Shown here: in pieces, positions 32,801-43,445 of the stretch
How positions within the stretch are numbered: the stretch's first letter is position 1
Layout of the letters: each line of letters starts with the position of its first letter
Origin: Nemertoderma westbladi
Lineage: Eukaryota; Animalia; Xenacoelomorpha
Length of the DNA: 64,000 bases
NCBI GenBank assembly: GCA_032718475.1
Contig: JAUCBJ010008050.1
Coordinates: 100,045 to 164,044, forward strand
Reading direction: 5' to 3'
The notes under the pieces: model-generated
Told to the model about the DNA's origin: nothing
What the model saw: only the letters and a program-made list of their open reading frames with translations
Databases searched by the model: none
Position numbers and translations under genes: made by a program

Positions 32801-34079
32801 GACCAAACTCAGCCTGAGAGACTCAGCGGCGGAGAAGCTAAACAGCGCGGGATTTGCCCTTTTTCAGGACGTTTGTATACAGAACTTACATTCATCTGTT
32901 ATACAAAGACCCCGAATACCCACGGGTTATTCTGTCGTCGAAGTTCAGACAGTGGGTCCGCTTGCGGAGACAGCCGCACCTACCTCAGCTATGCAATTGG
33001 AAGACGAACCAATATGCTTAGAAGCTGAAGCGATTCAGCCTACAGCGCCCCGGAGCAGCGATAACGACTACGTCTTAGAGTGGTATCAAGGTCCACAATG
33101 TCTCACCGCATACGATTATCGACACGCTAACTATGTTTCTCGAAAACGTTGTCGATTATGCGCATCGAGAGACCATTTCACCCCTATGGACTCAGACGTA
33201 CCCTGCTCCTATTTCCACGAACAACCGATGATGGAGATATATTGTGCGTATTGCAGACTTAATAACTCTCATATTTTTGCAGTCTGCCCCCAATTTATGA
33301 CTCAATGCCACCACTGTCAACTTAAAGGACATGCCAGTTATAATTGCCCCTTTAATCACGATTTAGAGAGCGTAGATGAAATGATTACCCTGCGCTACAT
33401 CCGAGCTTGGGAAGCGAACGCGGATTTACATTGTGAGTCCCGTCATCGATACTACCCTGGACGCTCTTACGAGGGAGTTTACGCGTTCCATCCTTATTTA
33501 TTAGCGTCTGTGGAACAAAAAACACGCATACCGAGTTACGAGCTAATGAAGCGTGTTGGTGAGTGTATTTCCACTAAATTTGTTCGAAGATACCTTAGGA
33601 ACGTCATTCCTAACGATATTACTTCATACCATTTGATCAATTATATCCGTCAAGACCCTGAGTATGGCGATTTATTTATCAACTCGCACCCTGAGTTACA
33701 GGAAGTATCTCGACGGCCCTACGAATATCGAGCCCGAGAACGCGAGCTGGAAAGAACTATTAAACCAAGGAAGTTTCTCACCACTCACGGTCCACCTACC
33801 GCCGTTGTCCAGACGACCCGTCAAGGACCAGTAGGAGCTGCTGTCCTAAGACGCGCCTTAAAGGCCGTTAGACCTCGCTCCGCTGAAGTTGATATCGATC
33901 AACCAGGTACCTCGACCGGCGGATACACCGATCGCAATCCGAAACCTTCTGATGCAATTGTATTGCACCCTTCACCCAGGAGTTACAGCCCTCCTAGTAA
34001 AGTGGCTCGCCCCAAAGAGAAAAGGACTCTTGCTAGCCTCAAAAAACTGCGTAAACGCCGTCCGCGTAAGAAAGACTAA
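29826..34079 (+). CDS. Retrotransposon accessory ORF2 (1417 aa): DEDDy-type 3'-5' exonuclease domain + zinc knuckles + basic C-terminus
   Basis: Intact ORF between integrase and PPT. ExoI VVTYDNEG; LPQPVLEMLFNERILKIGSAVYGD (ExoII); FVDTQ; SIGHLA...YG; PL....IYTIFE (ExoIII-like). Knuckles CRLC...H, CAYC..H..C, CHHCQLKGHASYNC; C-terminal KKLRKRRPRKK. No signal peptide or TM segment. Confidence 0.85.
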   Translation: MTELIEDDLGIRERYTLPLQAFVDSLIRGDAGPTTTEDDGRYIEPPMSPEQLTRELDYRKFTARYTHRNGTYMDFLTTGHPIDLHDTDDVDTEREMVLFKYHTQRNRNDKPRIEHENSIRNRLEREDVEEPDKRNDFNDYLEFLRETYLNIASQQNLETRYPQGIHHDPMIELKRLYFTMMYLTADRPLPVVPDSFEQMEEYCKTGERSPAFPLQDVRLWYYCDECPRPNQQTERHKHPRRRCAKHSFTRYTYGSFERNLFDVSPAVARLKRSLNKPMIRVPEYSVRPPHSLVRPQTLDPNSITDPPELYSLFKDLVLPEQLIGGTPIVGSRDIRQPYLAGLGRGHLISPFNPYNRPGFTSIQPVTEVEESVVRNALDAIRQKIGKGTYDCLEKRKLQQQVQAVKELALPQFDREIQNLEEDIERGRTYSLQEFLDERLQQQAEENQLEERHIELDEREEAVLAQPEAQILMTDLYSKTILHPSMVPHFGDKLFATAQPQPVDINLRSRDLIADAPLLQRPPIESARVDGILVEPPDNRADLVRRMVHDVNIRARPLPDSFYGIKDHPYYVNLKQYYMVKPEDPTHSLKFLPLINPLDLVELEQLQKHLDQLVKVNSFRKPYNVSRIEKETIPPYNLDGFIKTRLVHWNLDVLFEEERIQRYGDEETHTTQYLKYKDLPNASECATLWHPVGMTLENATKEWNETLNVIEMYGVVTYDNEGSVPVGELGTTRMIHIRGLAGSTHVFTRACSDVIDYSFETLTETQKKLRHGQFELAQRYVTDTERKPAMGIDGSMLPQPVLEMLFNERILKIGSAVYGDLQNDFRNMENIPYPFVDTQLIAPWAEGRGFFRTMYANTPSGITKVQRTSIGHLAFQAYGWNFKVGNPINYQQVYGDHYSRLYFDGPLTAPGAVYSFMSVPLRPSLAIYTIFENAALAGWLADVCSRTIRAHPLILGTKLAKLDEHNKFIRFECFRRFLTPFRNVDSQFKDRALTKLSLRDSAAEKLNSAGFALFQDVCIQNLHSSVIQRPRIPTGYSVVEVQTVGPLAETAAPTSAMQLEDEPICLEAEAIQPTAPRSSDNDYVLEWYQGPQCLTAYDYRHANYVSRKRCRLCASRDHFTPMDSDVPCSYFHEQPMMEIYCAYCRLNNSHIFAVCPQFMTQCHHCQLKGHASYNCPFNHDLESVDEMITLRYIRAWEANADLHCESRHRYYPGRSYEGVYAFHPYLLASVEQKTRIPSYELMKRVGECISTKFVRRYLRNVIPNDITSYHLINYIRQDPEYGDLFINSHPELQEVSRRPYEYRARERELERTIKPRKFLTTHGPPTAVVQTTRQGPVGAAVLRRALKAVRPRSAEVDIDQPGTSTGGYTDRNPKPSDAIVLHPSPRSYSPPSKVARPKEKRTLASLKKLRKRRPRKKD

Positions 34080-34157
34080 CTGTTTAGAGTATTTTTATAT
34101 TTTAGAAACTGTGATTTGTTATATTTTATAGACTTAAATCCCATTTTCTGGGAGCGG

Positions 34158-35350
34158 TGTAAAAGCTTTTGCGTAATTAACCGGTTATTCTCCCGTAAAG
34201 TACTCTGTAGTTGGTTTACCAGGCAGAAAAAGGCCGTGTCCTTACTGTACTGGTGTTTTAGAGGACATAAAAGTCATTTCTTCTGTATTTGTACTTTAGA
34301 GGACATAATCCGCAATCTCGTGACGCAATAAGCTAGATCCTCTTGAAAACAGTGTCGCTACCATGACGACGGCTAACAGCTGATATTGCCACGTCGACAT
34401 TTCTTTGTTTCTTTGTTCTCTCGTTGCTCGGTCGACCAATCAGAGCGTTTTTTGTCTCTGTGTTGGAGTTGGATACAGAAACTCAGTAGTTCAGTGTTAT
34501 CTTTTTGCCCAGAGCCTAAGAACATCGGCTTTTGGCACCTCCGTGTTTCAGTCTTTAGTTTAACATTAGTAGGCTTAATTATAGAACGTATATCTGTTAT
34601 CGAATCATACCAAACTTATCTTACTCAACAAACCGAGTTATCATACAAAAACTCAGTTAACTCACTTAATAATCATTCATACCTTAACTTTACTGCTTTT
34701 ACTGTCGGTTATTCATTATATTGGTTGATGAAATATTATATCGGAATACTGATCAATAGTCAGACACCCCACCTTCTTGATATACTAAAGGTTAGAGAGA
34801 CCGGTTACAGATAAACGATTGCGACCTATGTTAAGTGGTTTGAAGTGAATCTAATGCTGTTTCATAGGCCCGACATAAATTGTATGTTGCTCTCTTTATA
34901 CGTGACTAAATTTAGTGAAGGTCGGCAGATTAGTGTGCAGTATTGTGCAGCATTGTGTATGATTGTAACTGATAACAAAGCATCTCCTAAAGAATGCGCC
35001 ATATACGTGAATCTATAGCCTTTTCGTTGTGTCTAGTTTAAGTCATAACTCTGTTTACATATTTAGAGCGCCACGTCCTAAAGGAACTGTTAATATTTCC
35101 CGAAAGTGAATAATATTTGTCAGAGATTATATATAACGATCAGTCGAATAATACGGTAGGCTTACACCATCAATCATTAAGCTTCCGAATTCAGTCTCCC
35201 GGGTATATCCAGCGGGTGAATGATTGCGCATAGACTGGCTTCGGCTAATGTAGTGTATCAAATACTCGTCATAGGCTAAAGACTATATATCATCTAAAAG
35301 ACATCCTAATTTGGCAGGTTAAACTGTCAAAGGTCTTAAAAGCGCAAACA
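34158..35350 (+). repeat. 3' LTR of BEL/Pao copy 1 (1193 bp)
   Basis: TGTAAAAGC...GCGCAAACA, preceded by a polypurine tract. Confidence 0.96.
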
Positions 35351-36269
35351 GGGGGGGGGGGGGGGGGGGGTTTGTTGGGTTAAAACATCCGGTCATGTAA
35401 CAGGTTACATCGTAAGTAAAAGTAAATTATAGATTATTAAGAGTGATTAATTATAAATTCATAATGACAATGGTTGGTGTTGGCAATACCACCTTCTGGC
35501 TCCAGGAGTCGAGGAAATCCAGCCAAGCACTGATCTAGACTTTGCTGAAGACTTAGAAGCATTCTCAGTATCACTAGAGGGAGACCAACAGCTTCTCGGT
35601 TCATTATAACAGGCTGCGTCTAGTGTTGGTTATACAGTTACACAGTTAATACAGTTAAAACAGTAATACAGTAAGTTATACAGTTAATTTCGAAAGTCCT
35701 CAGGAAAAATATCTAGTAAGTGTATGAGCATAATCAATTTCAAATGAATGCGCATGTTTGAGCATGTGGACGACTTTATGTTACCTGGAATCATGGATCA
35801 GGTGAAGGAGGACGTGACACCCCCCCCCCCCCCCCCCCCCCCCCCTCTAAGATCTACAACTTTTATCGAAAACGTCGAATTTTTTGTAGATTTCATTAGT
35901 CTGAATCAGAACGAGAAAAACAATTTTCGAAAAATTGACTGAGGTGGTTATTTTGCAGTACCAAAATTTCAATCGGTGAACAATAATTTTCTAAAAATTG
36001 AAAGTTTCAATTTTCGGCTAATCGTTTTTCAATACAGGTTTTTCCGGGGCGCAAAATCCATTGGAAAATATTTAAAAATTATTTGATTATTATAAATGGC
36101 AGTTTAAGTCATCTACGTTGGCAAAAAAAATAAAAAACAAGAAACCAGGACTTTTCAGTTTGAACACGAAAATTTCAATTGACTTATACGATGTAATAAA
36201 TTCAAATTTTTAGGTTTTCTGGGGCGTTGATACATTTCTAATTTTTCAGATCATTGCTAGTCGTATTTT

Positions 36270-37065
36270 TCGACGTAATATGGTAAACTGTGTTGTAGCA
36301 CAAGTTTGAGATGTCCAGCGCCGTTTTTTATTAATTACATCGGATTCAGGACCATCCTATCCCGTATAACGCAAGAAACAAGATGATACTATCTATTAAT
36401 CAATTTGCATAATTTCAAAAATTTGGTGCTGGCACAAAAAGTTTCACCCAACGCCGAAAGATACAGTTTGAGAACTCTTATGCAATTTACTTATTCCATT
36501 GAATTCAGAGCCCTCACAAACACGTATAACGCAAGAAACAAGGTGACACAATCATTTGATATATTTGATGGTTTTCAAAATTTGGTGCTGCACCAAATTT
36601 TGCACCCACATCCGAAAAATACAAGTTTGAGAAATCTAGTTAGATAATTATTTATTACATTGCATTTAGAACCGCCATAAACCTCTAAAACGCGAGAAAT
36701 AAGTTGCCACAAATCAATTTAACTATTGAATGGATTTTCAAATTTCGTGCGGCTTCAAATTTTCCACACAGTCACCGAAAATTACAAGTTTGATATGTCT
36801 GGTGCAACTCGTATATATACCATCGAAACAGTTCCAGAACCCCAAAAAACCCCTATTGCGCAAAAACAGGTTCAAACAATCAATTTACAAAATTTACATA
36901 TTTAAAAATTTGGTGCTGGCACCAACATTCGGCACCCGCCGAAAAATACAAGTTTGAATTTCTAGATTATTGTATATGAATATCATCTAATTGCGAACAC
37001 CAAAAAACTGATCTAATTAAAAAATAAAGATGTTACAAATCATATTTCATGAAATATAATTTTCA
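36270..37065 (+). repeat. Diverged ~160-bp tandem repeat (about 5 units), probably inside a non-autonomous DNA element
   Basis: aaaatttggtgctg..c at ~36418, 36578, 36740 (variant) and 36905, each followed by ccgaaa.atacaagtttga and cgcaagaaacaag-like blocks. Confidence 0.75.
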
Positions 37066-37659
37066 AAAAACATCGCAAAAAAAGTGCCAAAAGTAGGGTT
37101 AAAAATGGTACTAAAACTCGAAAACTTCGTAATATTTTTAAAAACCGTTTTCATTATTAGGAAGACAATAGAGTTTTTAGGAAAATTCATAAAATTTTAG
37201 AATCCCAACTGCGTTTGTTTTAGAGTAAACTCTACAAAAATAACAACATTTAGAAATAAAAAAAACAAAAAAAACAGAAGTAATATTATGCCAACTCGGA
37301 TCCCATAACAGGTCGGATAATTCCAGATCATTTTGATTTTTCTTTGTATGGAGGCTATTCCGTCCGCAGTTCTCTAGTGGCAGTCTATGTGGTAGAAAGT
37401 CTGAAAGTAAAAACCTTTTTCCATTTCGCTATTTATGATCCGTTCAAGTTCAAATTTGGCAGTTATACTAGACCACAGGCTGTGTGATTGGGGCTACGCT
37501 GATCGGTCAGCAATTCGTCAGGAACCTGAACTTTTCAAAATGAGGGGAAAACTCAACACAAATCCCCTCTTAACGAATTCATATCTCTCTTCATATACAA
37601 ATACAAATTTGTCCTGCCCTGTACCGTGATCACACCTAAGACGCACGAACCGGTAAAGG

Positions 37660-38563
37660 TTTAATAGGAGGACTGAATGTATGGTACTAGATGACCTTGC
37701 ATATGGTACTAGATTATACCACGAACTATATTCTTGCACACAGTCTCGTAATAATAAAAGCGATGATTTATCTCGGTTGAGGATTATTGTCAATACATCA
37801 GATAAGACGCGTCTAATTACCTATAGAAGTATTAATCTAACTTTATCTGTACACAAGTTATACTCCACATGTCTTATAGACATGTATAGACTAGCCTGTT
37901 CCAGGTTAGGGCTATCTTCGCATTGGCTGTGTGTGGAGACAGGGAGGTGGTCCCGTACCCCTAGGGAACGGCGTACTTGGAGTTGCATGGTTGGTGGGTT
38001 GCAGGATGAGGCACATGCACTCTTTCTGTGCGATTACACGCGCGCGGTTCGACTGCGCTACAATCCGCAGTTCCAATCCGTGTCAGATATGTTTGCCTCA
38101 GACAATTTCGACGTGGGCGGGTTTATCTTTAACTGTTTAAAGGAATTTGAGAAATAGGTAGAGCCTAGTGCTTGTGGGTAATATAATATAGGCCATATCA
38201 ATAAATTATTTAAATATATGTTTGTTTTACTGTAACTAATATTTATATTTTGTTTGAGTTTATAAGTTTATTGTATAATATTGTGATGTTTATGGTGTAT
38301 TATGATATTCTTGTATAGCCTGTTTATTACGTTTATTGTAACTTGAATTGAATATATATCATTGTGTTGTTGCGATTTACTTTAATATAGGTACTATAGT
38401 TTAGTCTGGCTGCTTAATTTCTGTTTTGTATATTATTGTTTACGTTATGATTGTATTGATCTTTATTTTTGGACAAGTAGATGATTTATTTACAACATGT
38501 GCAGTGCATTGTGTCAAGTCATTGTGTCAAATACTTGTCAATAAACTAACTAACTAACTAACT
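37660..38563 (+). mobile_element. 3' fragment of an L2/CR1-like LINE with (AACT)n tail
   Basis: ORF 37681-38157 with RL..SSHWL.VETGRW...R.C..C....DE.H.LF.C-like C-terminal motif, AT-rich 3' UTR, aataaa then (acta)5 at ~38543-38563. Confidence 0.75.
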
Positions 38564-38624
38564 ATAGAATATATATAGAGTATATTATATAGAATAAAAA
38601 TAATATAGAATATATATATACAAT

Positions 38625-38940
38625 ACAAGGTACACAATTCTATGCCACCATCCCATTTCCAAGACCTAACATAACCCTGCAATCTGCCTCCTGCAGTTTG
38701 CTGGGCACTGTTTCCACAGGCAAGATCAACCCACAGTTATAGGCTACCTTAGGATATGGCAGACTGCTGTGAGAATAATAGAGATGCTAGACCGCAAAGA
38801 CATTCCACAGACGCCTGCTCAAGGACACCGAACTTGAGAGCATTCATGAACTAGGAAAGTTTATGGCTGACCATGAGATCTTGGGCGTTATGTTTCTGTG
38901 TCTGCCATGACTGGAAGCCGATCAACATCATCACCAATCT
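38625..38940 (+). mobile_element. Old RTE-like LINE 3' remnant
   Basis: Encodes LQFAGHCFHRQDQP, homologous to LRFAGHCFCHEDQP of the RTE fragment at ~3030; ends in a catcat-like tail. Confidence 0.6.
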
Positions 38941-39072
38941 CCATATAAGGTACCGGAGGGAAAGAAGTAGGTTAAAGTGGCGGACTTTTCTGCCCAAAAC
39001 AAGAAAATAAATTTAGTTTACTGTAAAAAATTTACTGGAAGATCTGTACCTTTTTCCCTTAACTACCATGAC

Positions 39073-40305
39073 TGTTCGCGCTTTTGAAGACCTTTAGCAG
39101 TTTAACCTGCCAAAATTTATATGTCTTTTAGTTAATTAACACACCTTTAGCATACGACAATATTTTATGCTAATACGCAAAACATTAGCCGAAGCCAGCC
39201 CATGCGCGATCATTCACCCGATGGATCTACACCCGGGAGGCTGAATTCGGATGCTTAGATTTTATTATTGCAGTGTAAGGTTGCAGTGTAAACCTATTGT
39301 ATTATTCGATAGATCACTAATATGTAATTTCTGACAGATATTATTAACTTTCGGGAAATATTAACAGTTCCTTTAGGACGTGGCGCTCTATCTATTTAAA
39401 CAGAGCTAGGACTTATACTAAACGCAACGATAAGGCTTATGATTAAAGTATAAGTCGCATTCTTTAGGAAATGCTTTGTTACCAGTCACATCACACTCAC
39501 AATCATGCACACTATTCTGCCGACAGTCAGTATATTTGATCACACATAAAGAGAACAGCAATTGACTCAGGTAGTGTCTACTAAATAACATTAGATTCAA
39601 TACACACCACATTGATATAAATCGCAATTGTTATATATAGCCCGCCTCTCTAACCTGTAGTGTATCAAGAAAATTGGGAATTTTGGGTGATTTATCCGTA
39701 TTCTCCAAAGAGCAATATTTCCATCAACAAATAGATACAATTAATAACTGACGGTAAATAGCAGTACAAACAATATGATTAGTGCAGTTAAATTAAGTGA
39801 GGTAACACCGCCGGTAACAGTTATACTTTCTATAATCTAAGCAGTTTACTAGAGTTCTTCCCAAAAAGCCGGTGTTTCTGGCTTAGACAGCAATAACAAC
39901 AAAGTATCAAGTAAGGCAGTAAGACTGAACACTCTCCTTATGATCGGCTGAAAAGCTACACGTCGACAGGAAAAATCGCTCTGATTGGCTCAAGCCAAAC
40001 AAAGAACCATGCATCCAATGGCTGTTTCCATGTCAGCAACCAGCTGTTAGATGTCGTAATATGAATCATCACGGCTAAGCTGTGAAAGGTAGTTGGTGCA
40101 TTACAGGTTTTTTGCCTTACCATGTCCGCCAAAACACGTATATAGCAGAATGACTTTTATGTCCGTTAAAACACCTGTAACGGTACCTTGCGGGCGAGGG
40201 GAATATATATACAGTTAGAGAACCTTTTTAGAGTATTCCAGCGCCTGGGGGGAAACTGGATTGCGAAGCAAAAGGGGCCAGTTATATCCCACAGAAGCTT
40301 TTACA
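39073..40305 (-). repeat. 3' LTR of copy 2
   Basis: Direct repeat of 50025-51257; TGTAAAAGC...GCGCGAACA on the minus strand. Confidence 0.96.
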
Positions 40306-40383
40306 CCGCTCCCAGAAAATGGGATTTAAGTCTATAAAATATACAAAATCACAGTTTCTCAAATACGAAAATACTCTAAACAG

Positions 40384-41833
40384 TTAGTCTTTCATGCGCG
40401 GACGGCGTTTACGCAGTTTTTTAAAGCTAGCCAGAGTCTTTTTCTCTTTGGGGCGAGCCACTTTACAAGGAGGGCTATAACTCCTGGGTGAAGGGTGCAA
40501 CATGATTGCATCAGAGGGTATAGGATTATGGTCGGTGTATCCGCCAGTCGAAGTGCCGAGTTGATTGACATCAACGTCGGGGGAGAGGGGTCTAACGGCT
40601 TTGAGAGCTCGTTTCAAGACAGCCGCTCTTACGGGTCCTTTACGAGTGGTCTGAATGAGGGCCGTGGGTGGACCATAGGCAGTTAGAAACTTCCTTGGTT
40701 TAATGGTTCTTTCCAACTCGCGTTCGCGGGCTCGGTATTCGTAAGGCCGTCGATATACTTCCTGTAACTCAGGGTGTGAGTTAACAAACAATTCTCCATA
40801 GTCCGGATCCTGACGGATATGATTGATTAAGTTATAGGAATGAAGGTCGCTAGGATTAACACTCCTGAGAAATTTGCGTACGAATTTGGTTGAAATACAT
40901 TCTCCGACGCGCTTCAGTAGCTCGTAACTTGATATGCGTGATTTCTGTTCAACCGAAGCGAATAGATAAGGATGTAACGCATAAACTCCTTCGTAAGCGC
41001 GTCCGGGATAATAGCGATGGCGCGAATCACAATATAAATCAGTGTTCGCTTCCCAAGCTCTAATGTAACGTAGTGTGATCATTTCATCTACGCTTTCCAA
41101 ATCGCGATTAAAAGGGCAATCGAAACTGGCGTGTCCCTTTAGTGGACAGTGGTGACATTGAGTCATAAATTGAGGGCAAACCGCAAAAATATGCAAATTA
41201 TTAAATCTGCAATACGCTCAATAAATTTCCATCGCCGGTTGTTCGTGGAAATAGGAACAGCGGACGTTTGTGTCCATGGGCGTAACATGGTCTCTCGATG
41301 CGCATAACCGACAACGTTGCCGAGAAACATAGTTGGCATGGCGATAATCGTACGCAGTGAGACACTGTGGACCTTGATACCATTCTAGGATGTAATCGTT
41401 GTCGCTGTTCCGAGCGCGATAGGCTGAATCTCCTCAGATTCTAGGCATATTGGTTCGTCTTCCCAGTCTGTTACGAATAGAATTTTCGTGATCTATTCTC
41501 GGTTTATCGTTACGACTCCGCTGGGTATGATATTTAAATAGAACCATTTCCCTTTAGGGTGTCTACATCGTCCGTATCATGTAAATCGATAGGATGGCCG
41601 GTAGTTAAGAAGTCCATATACGTACCATTACGATGCGTATAGCGAGCGGTTAATTTTCGATAGTCCAATTCACGCGTAAGTTGCTCTTGGGACATCGGCG
41701 GTTCGATATAACGACCATCGTCCTCCGTAATAGTCGGATCGGCTTCACCGCGTATCAAGCTATCCACAAACGCTTGTAAAGGTAGAGTATATCGCTCTCT
41801 AATACCAAGGTCATCTTCTATTAATTCCGTCAT
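40384..41833 (-). pseudogene. Deleted, frameshifted copy of accessory ORF2
   Basis: N-terminus MTELIEDDLG.. (41534-41833) and C-terminus ..KKLRKRRPR (40384-41196) match ORF2. At ~41465 ENSIRNRL is joined to EDEPICLE, a ~2.8-kb deletion that removes the exonuclease. Confidence 0.92.
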
Positions 41834-43445
41834 ATCTGCTATCTGAGTTTATTAATATTAGTATGAGTCAATATTTAGGCAAGCGGGCGTCGCTGCCTAC
41901 TAGTCTTTGACCCCGGACAGTGGGTTTCTCAGCGCCGATGTACCGTTGTCGCGGTGTTTGCGCCAACATGTAGCAACAGCACGACAACGATAATCGACAC
42001 AAGTCCCACCACTGTCCGTCCCAAAGGCTTGAATCCACTTGAGGTTATCTCGGTAGAGTTAGGCTACTTTACAATTGCGATTAGCTACTGTAAACACACT
42101 TTAGTAGTATCATTCACCTATAAACTCACAAATTCCATACAATCATTACTTACTGCACACATGCAAGCCATTTTGTCCGTTAGTCATTGTCTTCCAGAAT
42201 GTCACGTTATTACTATGTATCCTTGGATACTAATAGTGCGCTAGGTATACTCTTATGCTACGCAATGGGGCAAGCTTTTATTTGTCCTTTAACTTGTTTC
42301 TAATTCTAGCGTGGGTGTTGCCATGGTGACATTATGGAAAACTAGCGGTAGAATTAGGGTAATTCTCATGCATACAGATCTGGGATGTTATTTAATAGTA
42401 ATTCTTTAATTGTCAATATCCTCTTTATGCATGATTTTATAAATTTTATCGGCTATTGACTATATATTGGAGATTCTCGCACTCTAGTACACTCAATATG
42501 AATCTCCGCTCCCATGATCTATTAATTACTGGAATTTTGGGAATGTTGTAAATTGCACAAAATGACAATTTATGAAATTCATTCGAATATGAATTTAAAT
42601 TTATTCCCGTGAATTTTATTATTTGATGTTAAATTTGACACAATTTGATTCCAGAGCAGGTCTGGGGACATAGGATCCTTAATTCTATGAAATTTGTCTT
42701 TTAAGAGTATCAGTAAGTGCTACGATATCTTAATCGACTAGAATTGTTAACGGATCTGAATTTTACAGATTTTAATAAATATTAAATTAATATTTAAGAT
42801 GGGCACCGATTTATTCCAGAGCTTGTCTGGGGACGTTAACCACTGATTCTAGAATTTGTCTTTCAAGTATATCGGTGGGTGCCGCGATATCTTAATCGAC
42901 TAGAATTACAGATGGTCAAAAGGTTTAACAGATTTATTTGCGTTTTACGCTACTGTTAGAGGGACATCACGCTACTATATGTATTATTTGTTATAAGGTA
43001 GAAGAGCAATATCGCACGAAGCAATGTCAGTGTGAAGAGGCAAGTCGTTTCCAAGGTCTACCCAGAGCTTGGTTTAGCCGAGACACGAGGATCTGAACTT
43101 TGCATTCCTAATACTCTGCCTACCAATAATACTTAAACATAGTAGTGGCTTTATTGTACTTTAATAAGTACGGACATGTCATCTTACTATAGTCTCGCAT
43201 TTATAATATAATACGGACAGTAAGGAAAGAGAAAAGAATTATTTCTCGCCGTCGCACTAGATATATTATGTAATTACGTAATAAACACTAATATATTGCA
43301 CTAATCTACTAAATATTCTAAAATAACATTTTACTAAATAAAATTAAATAAAACGATTATAATAAAATTACATAATAATACATACATAAATATAAAATAA
43401 AAACAAATATAAAACGATATAGTCACACGCCCACTCCACATGCTA

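Larger units (their letters stand above)
16687..35350 (+). mobile_element. BEL/Pao LTR retrotransposon copy 1 (18.7 kb): gag-pro-pol plus extra 3' ORF
   Basis: Near-identical LTRs 16687-17860 and 34158-35350 (TG...CA), PPT gggagcgg before the 3' LTR, BEL domain order PR-RT-RH-IN. No matching TSD. Confidence 0.95.

Noticed and set aside
29826-34079. env gene (position suggests one)
   Set aside because: No signal peptide, furin-site/fusion-peptide arrangement or C-terminal TM anchor; nuclease and zinc-knuckle motifs instead.
35748-35942. Poly-proline ORF
   Set aside because: Artefact of a C homopolymer run.
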